Below the pieces are notes generated by a model, which had not been told where the DNA came from, ran no database searches, and saw only the letters and a program-made list of their open reading frames with translations. From assembly GCF_000497125.1 (NCBI RefSeq), contig NC_090603.1, positions 806,001-870,000 of the forward strand: a stretch of DNA of 64,000 nt. The letters run 5' to 3'. Each line of letters opens with the position of its first letter. Within the stretch, counting starts at the first letter, position 1. Positions 48,401-62,270 of this stretch are shown in pieces. The position numbers were made by a program, and so were the translations under genes. The stretch comes from Spironucleus salmonicida. Its lineage: Eukaryota.

Positions 48401-50906
48401 TATTAATAAACTACTGGAAAAAGCCGATCACGAAAAACCCGAATTAGCAACAAGATCAACAAGTCCTTTACTTTTATCATAAGAGCATGTTGAGTATAGT
48501 TAGTTTAGTTCATAGTATGATTCTTTTAAGAAAACCTAGTCATAGAAGTATTTACCTCATTTTAACGAAGAATAATTTGGTATAAGAAAATAAATTATGA
48601 GAAATGTACAGAAAAATACACTCACGTACTTAGATAGTGTAAATCAGACAGCAAATTTGCATACTATTTTGGAAATAGGACATAAAATTATAAGAAATAA
48701 TCACTAAATTTAAATCAAACTTAAAGAAAAAGAAATGGTTGAAGAACTAGAATAGTGCAATAAGATTGACGATTTGTCTCATTAAATTATTGATGAAAGG
48801 TTAAAATTAAAAGAAAAAATCGAGGATAATAACATTGGAGTCGCATAGTTTATTAAACTTGAGGTAGAGAAAGCAACAGAGGAGTTACAATCATTAGTTT
48901 TGGAAAGTCTTATTAATAAAGAAAATTCATAAGAGACATCGTCTTTTAATTTATAAAATTAGTCAAAATCCAGGATGAATTTTTCTGAAATATATTAACA
49001 ATCCAAATAATAAAACTAATATAAAGCTTTGTATCCCAATTAAATTTTATAGGAAGGAGTTCATTTTTATGAGTGTGACTAGGTTTCATCATCAGATGTA
49101 TTAATTAAAGATCTTTCAGATGAAATTGATCTAGAGTAAAATGATTAGCATGGTACACACGGTAATGAAGAGAAAAAAGATTATACAAAAAAGTTCATGA
49201 GTACTTTACGAAAATAAAATAAATAAAAATAAAATAATAGCTGTATGATTAATGAAACGATTGAAAAAGATGATTTATTGAAGGAAGTTAAGAAATATTA
49301 TTCACAGTCTGTCGCAAAGCTCGAGAAATATTAATAGAATGATACATAGGCATTAAGTGTTTAACGTAAAAATATAGAATCATTACTAAAACACATCAAT
49401 ATGCAAGATTTAATTAATATTTCTTAGATAATTATAACATAAAGTAAATAAAAGTAACGTTAAAGTATTTTATAGTAAAAAAATGTATAACTAACTACGT
49501 AAAGCTATGAAGTTGCAGGAAATAAGTTCATTAGCCCATATAAGGCAGCATTAGTGTTTAGAAGATAAGCTGTTTCGCGAAAATCTAGTACTGCTCTCAG
49601 CTACTGCTAATAATCTGAAATTATTAATTAAGAGTACAATGGGCCATAGGTAATAAATGTAGAATGCCCTTAAGAATTAATGATAAATATAGATTATGTG
49701 AATATATATGATAAAATATATTAAAAATAAAAATTACCTACGATAATAACTTAGCGATTAGGTATTTCAACTCTAAAGTATAGTAATTTACTTGAGATTA
49801 AGACAATTCCACAAGAAAAAAATAACGTATATTGGGTTGGCATGCCTTATTGGGGCATCGATATTATTAATAAAATGAAAAATTTATTTAGATTCTTAAC
49901 CTAAAAAGTGTATCACCCAAATGATCAAGCCAATTCAAATATGTAATTAAAATACACAGACTATATATAAATTCCTCCTGATATTTAGTTAAAAAATATA
50001 TATTGGTTGATAAAATTCATTAGGTAATTTTATTATGAGGTGGATTCAATGTATGTAATGAAGATTATATAAAAAGATTAAAAAACAACATTTTTCGATG
50101 TATTAATTTAATTTATTAGCGAGAAATATGGAATTAAAGAATTAACATCACGGTTTATTTGGCAATTATTAGTAAACATTATATTTTAGTACTAACAAGA
50201 TGATATAGACGAAGGACATAAGTCTGAAATCTTTTTCTTTGTACTTTAAATTTCAAATATTATCAAAGTTGATTAGTATGTTTTCTATAAATTTTGTAGA
50301 GCCCTATTTAGTTTAGATATTAGTAATCCTATGACATCTTAATTCTAGGAATTAGTTAAAACACATTCATGTAAGAGGTAGGAAATGATAGATAAATCAA
50401 AACAGATCTTTTAAAATGATATTGCTGCTCATTAGTTATTCTCAAAATAGATTTCATGCAACGTTGAAGAAGCAATTACGTTTTTAGTTTTGTATAATAT
50501 TTCTGAGCTAGTAAAATAGCAAGATTCCATCAAAAATATATTCCAATAATTTTAAGAGAATAACTTTATTAATTAAATAAAAGCATTTAATATTTTAAAG
50601 AAAATAAATCCTTATTTAACAATGAATTCATTAAAAGAATTAGTAAATGAATAAGAATTTAGTTAAGAATTATTTATTAACATTTATCTTAACCTAGTAA
50701 CACAGCCATAAGATTCTGTAATCAAATAATGCAAACACTTAATTAAAATGGTAGATAATATAGTCACTGAAAACAATATTGAAAATATAGATGACCAAAG
50801 GAATACTGTTTTATTCTGGTTTTCAACATAGAAATATGTGAAAGCGCTAATATTAGCCAAGTTGTTACTAAAAGACGTTTAGTAACTCGCACTTTAAAAA
50901 TAGTGA
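45483..50906 (+). CDS. Large coiled-coil protein, 1807 aa, paralog of 39404-45391
   Basis: ATG and TAG TGA in frame, frame spot-checked at several points; contains track ORF 45750. Confidence 0.8.
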
Positions 50907-51043
50907 GTTTAGGTTTATTTTTTAAGATAACTTATTTATTCTATAATCTTTGTTAATATATCTTATTATATAACTTTTTTCAATTTATTATTATATTATT
51001 ATACAGATAATAGAAGCTTACTACACTTCCGCAAATTCCTAAG

Positions 51044-52651
51044 ATGTACTCCCGCCAATCAATGCAAGATTATTATACACGCGAATAGACTAATGAATAT
51101 AAACGCTAAGAACTTTAGCGCTTTGCAAACCAACATGTGGTTGGTAAAGATTAAGAAGCTAAGGAATCAACTGTACACATGCGTCAAAAGTAAAATATTG
51201 CACTTATCACAGGTGACGAGGAGAGAATCTATCAGGATCACCTTAAAAAGATTGAGAGAGAAAAAGAAGTGTAACTTAGAAACTAAAAAGAAGCAGAAGA
51301 AAACGATTTCTTCCATAAATAAGAAGTAGAACGCGTCAGACTCGCTGCAAAGCGCTAGATCGTCACACAAAACTGCCAAGAGCTTAAAGATCTCAGAAGG
51401 GCAATTGTTAATGCAGAGGCAAGCAAAGCCAATCACGAAACTATCCAGATCCACAAAGACCAAATTCAAGTAGAAAGAGAAGTTGAAAAAGTCCAAACAC
51501 TAGAGGACCTTAAACTAGCAGCAGAAATTGAACGCTAACTTAAAATTAAAGAGATAGCTAGGGCTGAAAAAATGCATGAAGAACTCTACAACGGCATGCT
51601 ATTTGATGCTGCAGAAAAATAACGATTAGCAGATGAATTCAGATAAGAAGAGCTCAATCTTGAAAAGAAAATGGTTTCTGAAGCCATCGCTGAAGCTATG
51701 GCGTTTAGACAATAATAAATTGATCAATATAATACCAAAGTAGTTAAAGCAACCACAGAACGCCGCGAATTTGAGTAGCAGCGCTAGCAGTTAAAGGCCA
51801 ACTAACTCAAACTTGAACAGGAAGAACTATACAGAATTAACCAATATTAAAAAGAGTAGGACTAAAGAGATAAGAAGCGTAAGGAAATGTAACAGTTCAG
51901 GTAGCTCGCATTCGACGATTTGTTGAATAAAATAGCAACTTAATTAAAACAAAGAGAGGACAAAATCAACAAAATGCAGGCTCTCAGAATCGAGATTTAG
52001 GAGTTTTTGGAAGGCGAAAAACTTAAGGAGCGCGAGGCCGCAGAGCTTATGTAGAGAGCAAGAATCCAGTAAGATTTAATCCAAGCTATGCATAACTAAT
52101 AGGCCGAAAGAGCTGGAAAAGAAGCAGAGTATCGTGAATACGAAGAATTTCACAAAAATCAGGTCATCGCCGCCTATCGTCACTCGTAGGAGCTAGAGGC
52201 TAAGGCTGAGCGTGAAAGAAGACAAATGGTTGCTGATTATAGAGAACAAATGGACAAGTAATTGGAGCTTCAAAGAGAGTAGCGTATGCAGGAGGAGGCT
52301 GAAATTCGCTTATTTGAGAAGAAAATGGCATCTGAGGGAGAATTAGACGATGAGGCTAAGTAGATGATTGCAGATGAGCGTGCAAGAATCATCAGAGAGT
52401 GTGCAACAAAGGTGTTTGATTATATGAATTAAGGGCAGTTAACCGAAGAGGATTTATCTATTATGCCTGAAGATATTTAAGCAAAAATCAAGGAAATAAG
52501 AACTGAAAGGAAGCTTACACAGGCAGGAGTAGGTGCCAAGGAAATGCAATATATTAGTTCGTCTATTGTTCCAAATAATCAGAAAGTGGTAGAAACAAAG
52601 CAAAAAGTCGAGGAAATGAAAAGAAAATATGATTGTGCCTTACCATGGTGA
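51044..52651 (+). CDS. MNS1-like (trichohyalin-plectin homology) axonemal coiled-coil protein, 535 aa
   Basis: RQIVTQNCQELKDLRRAI..AEASK motif followed by long E/R/Q heptads. Confidence 0.65.
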
Positions 52652-52674
52652 TTTTCAAGTGAGGAATTATAATA

Positions 52675-53394
52675 TCATTCAATCAAAGCGTCTTGAGGAT
52701 TAAATTTCCAGCCAATAACAAGAACGCCCATGAACCATAATTTTCCCAAATTAGTTTTCATGTTATCTGGTATTGATTTTCGTTCTATTATTTAATTTGT
52801 CAAGTCTTCAACCTAAGTTATATCTCTACAGATTGGTTGATACCAAAGTGCAGAACCGGCTGCTATTGTTACAAGGACTATCAAACCACCTGCAGCAATC
52901 GGAACTATACATAGGGTTTTATTATCATCTTAAATATAGAAAAACAAAGAGAGATTTAAGATAACACTGAAAAGACCAATAATAGTAGCAGTCATGAAAA
53001 ATTTGAAGAAATACGGCATATTCCAACATGCTATACAAGATTAGAAAATATCACAGTGATGATCGAACTTGCGCACACATTTCTCACATTAGGAGCAATG
53101 GTGTGCCCGTTATGGCCGCCGGTAGTTACATTTTTAACAAATTTCCTAGTACGGGTTATCGGATTATTCAACATATCCTGGATCATAAAATATTAATTGG
53201 ATAGTAGAAGTTATGAAATTAATAGTGCAATATATTAGAAGAGAATCTAATGGTAAGGCAAAATACCACTAGAGGTAGCTTGAAAAAAAGATATTGATTC
53301 CTAATATAAAAAGAGAAACCAATGAAAAGGCTGACGTTGGCAATATTTTACGCAGTTACTATTTTTTTGTAAACTTGTAAAAAGTATTCTTCAT
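52675..53394 (-). CDS. DHHC palmitoyltransferase, 239 aa
   Basis: DPG...[29 protein letters not shown]...CI...N. Confidence 0.92.
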
Positions 53395-53423
53395 TTTTAT
53401 TATTAATACGAAGAATATAATAA

Positions 53424-54341
53424 TCAAAATCCATCATCTCCTCCATAAGTTTTCTACTGATTGAATTCATCATACTCGTTTTCCTCTTCATTATAAGGTT
53501 GTTGGTCTTCATAATACTATTGGCCATCATCATAATATTAAAGACTAGCTTAATCTTGATGACCATCCGCACTAGCCTCATAAAATTCTTGTACTTCAGT
53601 AGACTATGATTCCTGATAATATTATTCTTCATTTTCTAATAGTTCTTCTTTACATTCTAAAGATTCTTCATCTATTTTATCAAAGAGTTCATCTTCTGGA
53701 GTGATTAATGAGATTTTTTCTTTCTAATTTAAAATTACATCAATATATAATTGCTCTCTTTCATCAGGAATAGGAGTATTACTATCATTTTTATTTCGAT
53801 CTACCTCTTTATCATGGTTGAGTTATTAGTTTTTCTAAAATAGAATCTAATTACAATTATTGTCTATTTATTAAATATTTTGTTAACAATCAATAATTTA
53901 TGCTGAAGTTTTTTATAGTTATGACTACATCTCTCTTTAAGCAAGTATAGGAGATTGATTCTGATTCTAAAAATCAAATACTCCTTAGAATTAAGATTAT
54001 TATGTAGGTTTCTAAACTGGTTGTACAAACATTTGTGTATTAATTAAATTAACAGCAGGCTTATTGATATAAGGTTACTAAATTGCCGGCATTACACGTT
54101 ATGAAGTTTATTGCTATAAAAATATAGTTTGTATATAAGCTTCATTTACTGCAAGATAACATTAAGTTGATACATTACTTAATGATACTGTTTAATTAAT
54201 TGATTTATCTCCTAAATTAATTCTTCTTTACTCTGAAATAAGCAAATCAGTTTTAAATTGTACTAACTATTATTTCAATGAATTGACTTCCTAATAAAGG
54301 AATTGATTTGCTCGAACAATATTTTACATTTCATCTTCCAT
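53424..54341 (-). CDS. Coiled-coil protein with acidic C-terminus, 305 aa
   Basis: ATG and TGA in frame; D/E-rich tail. Confidence 0.65.
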
Positions 54342-54402
54342 TTTTTAAAGTAGAAATAATATTAAACGGTATAATATTATGAAATTATTATTACCACTTC
54401 TC

Positions 54403-55062
54403 ATGTCCGAACTTCCTTCGTCAAAAGATTGTTATAAGATTCGTCAGACATGTTGTGAAATGTTAGCGGATCGTGGTTATATTCTCAAAAATGATGCATT
54501 TGCATCATTTTAGGAATTATCAGTCTAACCATTTTTTGAATTTGAATAAAAATACGCATCTTAACCAACTAATTGGGTTTTATATGGAGAACATCTTACT
54601 AGAGTTAGCAAGAATACATCAGATAAAACTCCCGAGTCAATTTATTTATAGTGTATACCAGATCTTAAATCATAAACTTTGGATGATGTTTTGAATCAAA
54701 TGCGAGAAAAGTTATATGACAGAATCATAATTGTTAGTTTTACAGGTTTACCAAAGAAACCTTTATAGGAAAAACTGGACATTTAGTCTAATGCTAGTAA
54801 AGTTATTGCTGAAGTTTTCTCCCATGATAGGTTGATTTTTAATATTACAAAACACTTTTTGGTCCCAAAGCACACTTTACTTACAGAAACAGAAAAGCTT
54901 TAAATATTAAAAACTTATAAGGTCAGTGAAGACCAGCTTCCAGTAATCGAGAAAACAGATCCTGTGGCTAGATACTTAGGATTAGACCAAAGGAATGTTG
55001 TAATGATCACTAGAATCAGTGAAAATAGCGGAAAATATATTAATTTCAGAATCTGTAAATGA
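54403..55062 (+). CDS. RPB5: RNA polymerase common subunit RPB5, 219 aa
   Basis: EMLADRGY, NITKHFLVPKH, LPVIEKTDPVARYLG, SENSGKY. Confidence 0.95.
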
Positions 55063-55073
55063 TAAATCATTTT

Positions 55074-55601
55074 TCACTTATATTTATTAAATTTATCAAT
55101 GCATAATTTTTGAAAATACCAACCCATATATTAAGCTACAACTGGTAGTATTGTTCCATAAATAATTCCTCCGATAGCAACACCAATTTGGAGGGAAAAT
55201 TAATTTTGCTGAACGATAAATATTAACAAGACAAGCCAGTTACATGCTATAAAAATTGTAATTTAATTCAACGTTACTCTGAGATTTTTAATAGAAACTA
55301 TGCTAATATCCTGCTAAAATACGAAGCAATGGTGGTGGAATCCATATATATGTTTTCTGCAAAGTTTACATAGTTCATCATCTGGATTTTTAGTATAGCC
55401 AGGATTTTAAAATTAAAATTTAATGATTTATGCATAGGTCAGCACTAATAAGGTAAATTAAATTATCAACAAAAAACTACTGTGATTAGGCTTTAGTTAT
55501 AGTAGAAAAAAATCTGTAAAAGCTAGTATAACAAATGATCCTAATACTAACATCATGAAAACCATTACTTTGAGAAAAATTACCAAAGGGCTGTATAGCA
55601 T
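55074..55601 (-). CDS. Degenerate DHHC-like membrane protein (HHHC), 175 aa
   Basis: Two TM helices, NPGY...CKLCRKHIYGFHHHCFVF, then further TM helices; ends AAGTGA. Confidence 0.6.
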
Positions 55602-55664
55602 TTTCAATATTATATTATATTATATTATATAAAAATAAATAACACAATATTATTTTAGACAAAA

Positions 55665-57329
55665 ATGATTTTCTTATCGTTCCTATTTGAAATTTCACTT
55701 TGTATTCTCAGAGGATACACTAGATCAACCTGTGGATCCTTTATGTACACTACTTTATAGATAGCTAATTAAATTCTCACTACTTATGCAGTTTATATTT
55801 GTAGGATTACAATTTAAAAATACTTTAAATTGAAATATAGACATTTAATGTCATCGGTATGTTTAGTATTAACCCTGATATCACTAATGGATATCGAAAA
55901 TTCAAGACATACTCATATGAGATATACATCTCAGTATAGTGAACTCTTTGGAGTTCAAAATTATTTGTATAAAAATCTTGTTATCAATAAAGGTTATAAG
56001 TTATCGAATTCGAACTGGTTCATCGGTGAAATTATTAAAAGAGATAAAATACGGTTTTCTATAATGATAATATTGTTACTAGCTATATTATTTAATTTTT
56101 TCAAACTTAAAAAATATATAATTAAGCCTACAAAACGTCAAAGTATTGTTTATGGCATTTACATTGTAATAGTATCTGTTTTATATTACTTTGATATAAA
56201 CCGAAATGCCACACCCGGTTATTGGCCGTATTTAAGAAGTCTTTTACCACTTGGCTGTACCAATTTCGATACAAAATTACCAAAATCAAACTATATTTCG
56301 TAAAAAGATCCACCATCTTTACTTTTGATATCACTAGAGTCATTTTCATCACATTACTTAGAAACTTATAAAAAAGACATTCCATTTATTACTTCTTTGC
56401 TATCTACGTCTATATTTTTTACAAATGCGTATTCGCACACAATTCCAACGTCAAATTCAGTTTTCTCACTATTTTCTTCGCTTACTGCACCAACTAGGAC
56501 TACTGTTTCGGTTGGAGCCCATAATGCAATTGAATTTCCATTTTTCATTCCTTTTTTCAATCACACAAAATCAGCTATTCTTCCTTTTGTAGCTGAATTT
56601 GACAAAACAAATTAATGGTTTTAATAGTTCGATCAAATTTTCGACCAGATGCCAGTTGAAAAGAACAAATACAAATGGAAGCCAGATAGAATATCAAAGA
56701 ATCAGGTCAAAACGACGCTCACAGCTCCATATTTATCCTTCTGGGCTACAGCAGAAGCCCATTATCCTTTTTTGGGATTTGATGACGAAGCGTACTATTA
56801 GCCTGCCGATAACGATATTGGGAGAGTTCTGCGGTACTTGGATTCGCAACTTGAGGATTTGATACAAGACGTAAAACAACCAATTTTACTAATTTCTGAC
56901 CATGGTAGCGGAAAAGATTGTACAGATACTATTCTGTGTAAATTTGGGACCATTGCTAGTTTGATAAATTTCAACGAAAGCTATATCGTCGATCAGCCAG
57001 TTACTTAGAATTTTATCGTCAGATAGATGTTTTAAATGTTGTATGGGTTCTCCTACTAAGAAAATAACCTAATTTAGGACGGATTCGAGAGCTACATTTT
57101 AGAGAATAACGTGTTTCGTAAGTCAACTGCTCGTGAAAGATATAATAATGACTGTAAAGTGGCAAATTTGGAGAGAAATGGGGAAAACGTGTTATCATGG
57201 CTGTAAGTTTGCAGATTCTTCATATATGTAAATTATGTTTATATAATTGTGATTATTGTTGACGAACTGATAAGCTAGGATGGGATGTTTAATTTGGCAG
57301 TTGTAAAATAACGAATGTAAATAGAATGA
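55665..57329 (+). CDS. Membrane-anchored sulfatase/alkaline-phosphatase superfamily protein (LtaS-like), 554 aa
   Basis: N-terminal TM helices, then LISLESF, PTSNS, AHYPF, RYLD and ISDHG motifs. Confidence 0.78.
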
Positions 57330-57425
57330 TGTAAACTATATATTATATCATAAATTGATTTGGCTAATTATTTTATAAATATGTATTATATATGGTTATA
57401 AGAATATAGTATCTTGAATATTAAA

Positions 57426-58421
57426 ATGATCGCGCTTGTTATTTCAAACATTATAATCATTTTGATTTTTACGGTATGGTTTATTATATCATGTTGTTAT
57501 ATCATTGTTCCTGAACGTAAAACTGTTATTATAGAACGGTTTGGTAAGTATCATAAATAATGTGCGTCTGGAATTTCTTCAATTTTCCCATTTGTAGACA
57601 AACCACGGAAGATAAATTTCATTTTCGTAGAAATGTCTAATAAAGATGATGGTGTGGTCGTTAGAACTAAGCTGTTGGAATAAATTATTGATTTGCGTGA
57701 AAATATTTTAGATTTCGAAAAATAAACTGTTATCACTGCGGATAGAGCTATAATTAATATTGATGCAGTGTTATTCTACAAAGTTACCGACCCTCGCTTG
57801 GCTATGTTTAGGGTAATAAATTTACCTTATTATTTGAAGCACTTATCTAGATCAATTTTGCGTGATATTATTGCTCAATTAACCTTAGATGATTTACTTT
57901 CGTAAAGATAGTTTATCAACGATTAATTATAGGATCTTCTTGAGTCGCATACTCTAAGAATTGGAATTACTATTTCAAGAGTAGAAGTTTAAAATATTAT
58001 TATGTAAGAATAAACTGCAGCAGCCTTAACTTTATAGTTGATTGCTGAGCGTGAACGTAGAGCTAGTATTTTAGATGCTGAAGGTAATCGTGACAGCTTA
58101 ATTATTCTATCAGCTGCAAACTCTACTGCTTAAATTATTCATTCTGAGGCTGATAAGAAGAATATGGTTATGATGGCTAAGGCGTATGCTAAAGTTTAAT
58201 AAATGGAAAGTAAGACAAATGTAGAGGTATTAGCGGCATTCTAATCAAAATTAAAGGCAGCAGGTAGTAGTATTCGTGGGTATGAATTTTTATTGAAGCT
58301 TAAATATATTGATCAACTCAAGAAAAATTCTGAATTTGATAAAGTTGTTATAGGCCCTAATTAAGGCTTTAAGGATATTGAAGATTATAATATTAAAGCA
58401 AAGGAAGAATTAAGTGATTGA
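57426..58421 (+). CDS. SPFH/band-7 (stomatin-like) protein, 331 aa
   Basis: TM, IVPE...IIERFGKY, VITAD..INIDAV, AERERRA.IL.AEG. Confidence 0.92.
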
Positions 58422-58489
58422 TGTTCTTTTTTCTTAAAATAAATCTTAATATATTATTCTGATAGGCTTCATAATTTTCATTTCTTTCA

Positions 58490-58948
58490 ATGGAAAGTAG
58501 CATGTCAAAACTTTAGCTTGTAACTTAACTTATGAAATAAATACCAATATATTATGAGTCTATAAACTTAAAGGATCCATTGGTTGCTATTTTGTTTTCT
58601 GTTACGGGAACGATTGCCGTGTCCTTAATAGCTTTTAGAAGAAAACCTTTAGCATAGTTGTTTATTCTTTTAGTCAATATGATAATCATTCATAATACTA
58701 GAAGAATTCATATCTATTTATCAGATAACCAACCACAGCTATTGTTAAACTAAATGATTAGTTAAAACTATTTTGAGGATGAAGGAAAATTTGTGCTATT
58801 TATTCTTACATTACCAATTTTTATAGTATCAATGTTATCTAGTATTAATCTTATTTACCTTGTTATTAAAGAGACTAAGAATGTCCATAAAGAGATAGAG
58901 TTGATAAATTAAGATAGGAAAAAGTAAAATACAGAGAAAACTGATTGA
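58490..58948 (+). CDS. TMEM18-like membrane protein, 152 aa
   Basis: Three TM helices with QNYFEDEGKF and a charged C-terminal tail. Confidence 0.6.
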
Positions 58949-59342
58949 CATCAATTATTATATTATAAATATGAATATATGATTATACATTTTCACTTCA
59001 TTAATGGTGTAAATTTTAGTTCATGTATTTTTATAGATATTCATGTGAACCTCTACGCCAATAATGAACTTAGAAATTTGACTATTAGCTAGTTTTTAGC
59101 TTAATTTTCAATTTTTAACTAAGAACAGTTTCCAACTTTTTATTATAATATGTAGCTCTCTAAATAGTTACCCAACTAGATTGTATGATAATAGGTCCTT
59201 TAAAATGATTTTTAAAAAAATTATATCAAAGATTATTTCTTTATACAACCATCTATTTCTCTAGATTCTCACTATATTATATTTAAAATTGAATATTTTT
59301 ATTATTATTATATATGGTTCTATAAAATTATCCAAAACCTAA

Positions 59343-62213
59343 ATGTCCCAAAACCATGTAAAATTCATTCCACGTTATATAGAAAATTCAATATCGATAG
59401 GTTCTAATTTTATGTAAAGTTAATAGAATTATGATGCTAGTAAGTCAAAAATAGTAAATTCAATTAATCTTTCTTTTGAACCATCTATGCAAAATACCAT
59501 TTAGGCTATTTCAGGATCTAATATTAGTAAATAAAAGTTGAAAAATACTAATAATACTATATAAAACTCTGTATCAGGGATTAAATTTGACCAATTCTCT
59601 CTTACTGAATTGATATAACCAGATAATGTTTCATTACTTAAAACCAATCAATTTGAAAATTCAATAAAATAATGTAGTCCAAAGCTGCTATAAAATTCGA
59701 TTTTTTACTCTAAGAAAAGCCCACAATCAACTCTCTTTAATTCAGTATATACACCGAATCCACTTCCAGATTCAACTTCACCATCACCATTTCATCCATC
59801 TCCATAACAATCTCCCAATTCTTCATGCTCCACTACACCAGTTAGTGAATTATCAGAACGCTCTTTACATATTAATTCCTTAGAAAATCCAATAATTCAA
59901 GAACTTTTACCATTAAATCTATAATTTGACATTCAAGAAATCTAGCTCACAAATTAGCTTCCTCAATTCATTTCTGTATATTTGAAGGATATAAATAGAG
60001 CAAAACTGCGAAGTTTAAATGTTCTGATTTCCACTTTGCTTGCAATCGAAAAATCGAAGCTTGAAATATAATTTTCGGACCTTTAGGATTCACTAATTGC
60101 GACTGGTCTAAATGGTTCAATCGTTCACTAAATTAACCCTTTCAAATAGCATTTTCTACAAGTATGGAAGCTATATTTCAAAGTTCAAATTTCACGAAAA
60201 CGTTTTGTCAAAAAAATATATTTAGACAGAATATAGTTATTTGTTAGATATGCATTTCAATAGCTACGAAAATATAGTAACATAAAACGATAATTTTCCA
60301 AAATTGATATATGTTTTTATGGTACAAAATTTATTGAGAACTTGAAATTTGAAGTTTCAGTTAAAAGGAAGAAGGAATAAGAAATTAGAGTTAAATTGGC
60401 TAATTCTATTTTTGGTACCAGCCCACAAGTAATGGAAAATAGTGTCTTTATTGGCAATGCAACAATTTAAAGTGTATATAATGATAAAAATGATAAAATA
60501 TAGAAATAGTTTTCTAAAAAGTTTTTATGTGATTTCTTAGTCAAATTATAAGTTGAATCAGTAGTGCAGTTTAAATATAATGATAATATAGATTTGATGG
60601 TGAGTAGTAGATACGATGATTAATTAGTAACTAATGTATTCAATTTGTTAAAAGATAGTATTTCTAAGAGGTTTCTTATTAATTTTGAAGGATAATTTCA
60701 TAAAGTTAGAATTTTTAAGTAGTTAATTTAGGTATTTAATAAAATTAAAGTTTTTCAATCATATGCTGATAATTTTAAGGATATTACTATTGCCTAAAAG
60801 ATATTAAAGCTGCTTTTAAATGAAGTACAGTGTCGTCGAGATAGAAAAGAGCGTTTTATAGTATTATCTGTTTAAAAATTATGTTTAAAAACAGCATTCT
60901 CTAGCATTTCTTTAGTAACATAAGAAGTACATAGATTGAAAAAAATAGAAGTATAAATCAATTAAAAATACTTTTATACCGTAAAATTTAATATTTTTTA
61001 TAATATGAAGCTATAGATTTAAGTATAAAAATATAATAAAAAGTACTAACTAAGACTTAAGTAATTGACTTTTAACGTGTTAGTATAACAGGTTCCCCGT
61101 TAAAAACTATTAAAATCTGTCATTGATTAAGCATTAACTAGATATAAAACACTTATAGTTAAAAATTAAATAGAGTAATCTTCAGTTTTCAAGTATAGCT
61201 TAAAATAGAAACATTTTTTCGCCTGGAAAATAACTATTAAATAAGAAAAAATCGAGTCTAAAAATAATATATTAGCATGTTAATTTTCTGAATTCAAATT
61301 GATGAAACACTCTTTTTATACTACTATTAATTAGTTTCAAATATTATAAATAGGTGAATAGAAAATTTCACTATCCAGATCTATAAAGCTTTTAACAGTT
61401 ATGCGTAATTAAAATAAACTTATGAAAGATCGATTTTCTACTTTAAATAATTGGGCTGATAAATTTTTGGAAGTTAGAAATGATCCAAAAAAAATCCAAA
61501 TTAATGTATTTGGATAATTTAAAAATGTATTCACAGCAATAAAGTATAGCAAAAAAATACTGTAAAACAAAGTTATAAGAACTATTTTGAAGTATTCTTG
61601 CTCTATTAAACACTTTTAGAAAATATAGTAAATGTAAAAAGTTGTTACTTTAAAATAAACCTTTTACTATATAAAGAAAGGTATTGCTTCAGCAAAGTAT
61701 CACAAGAATTTGTTAATTAAAAATTCAATATTTGGACTTAAAATAGGAAACAGAAACTTAATGGAAAATTATGAAATAGCTGAGACGCATTTAAATGATA
61801 CACTAATATAAAAAACATTTAAAATGCTTAGAAAGGAAAAATCTCTAAACGATCTATACGAAACAAGTTTACAGTAGGGAGTTACTTCATTTCGAAAATA
61901 TTATTTCAAAAAATGGCTTGTTTTTTATTTTTCAAAAAGAAAAGTATATTTCTTACATGTAAAATGCTTATAGTATTAACAATAAAAAATAAAAATGTGG
62001 GCAAATGAAGTTAATGTGTGTAAAAAATAAAGTAGCATACTTGCTAGAATTGGTGTTCACAGTTCTATTCAAATGTTATAAAAATCAGGAATATCGTGTA
62101 ATAATACTGTTCAAACTGCTATTGTGGTTTAAGATTTCAAAAATATGCTCAAGGCATTTTTAACATGGAGATGGAGACTAAGATAGATACGGAAATGGGA
62201 AATGCATAGATGA
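59343..62213 (+). CDS. Large basic helical protein with Sfi1-like F..W repeats, 956 aa
   Basis: Ser/Pro-rich N-terminus; recurrent KHFFAWK, YFKKW, AFLTWR motifs; frame spot-checked only. Confidence 0.6.
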
Positions 62214-62270
62214 CCAGATATTCATTTTATAGTTTTCATAATATAATATATATATCTAATTATTCTAAAA

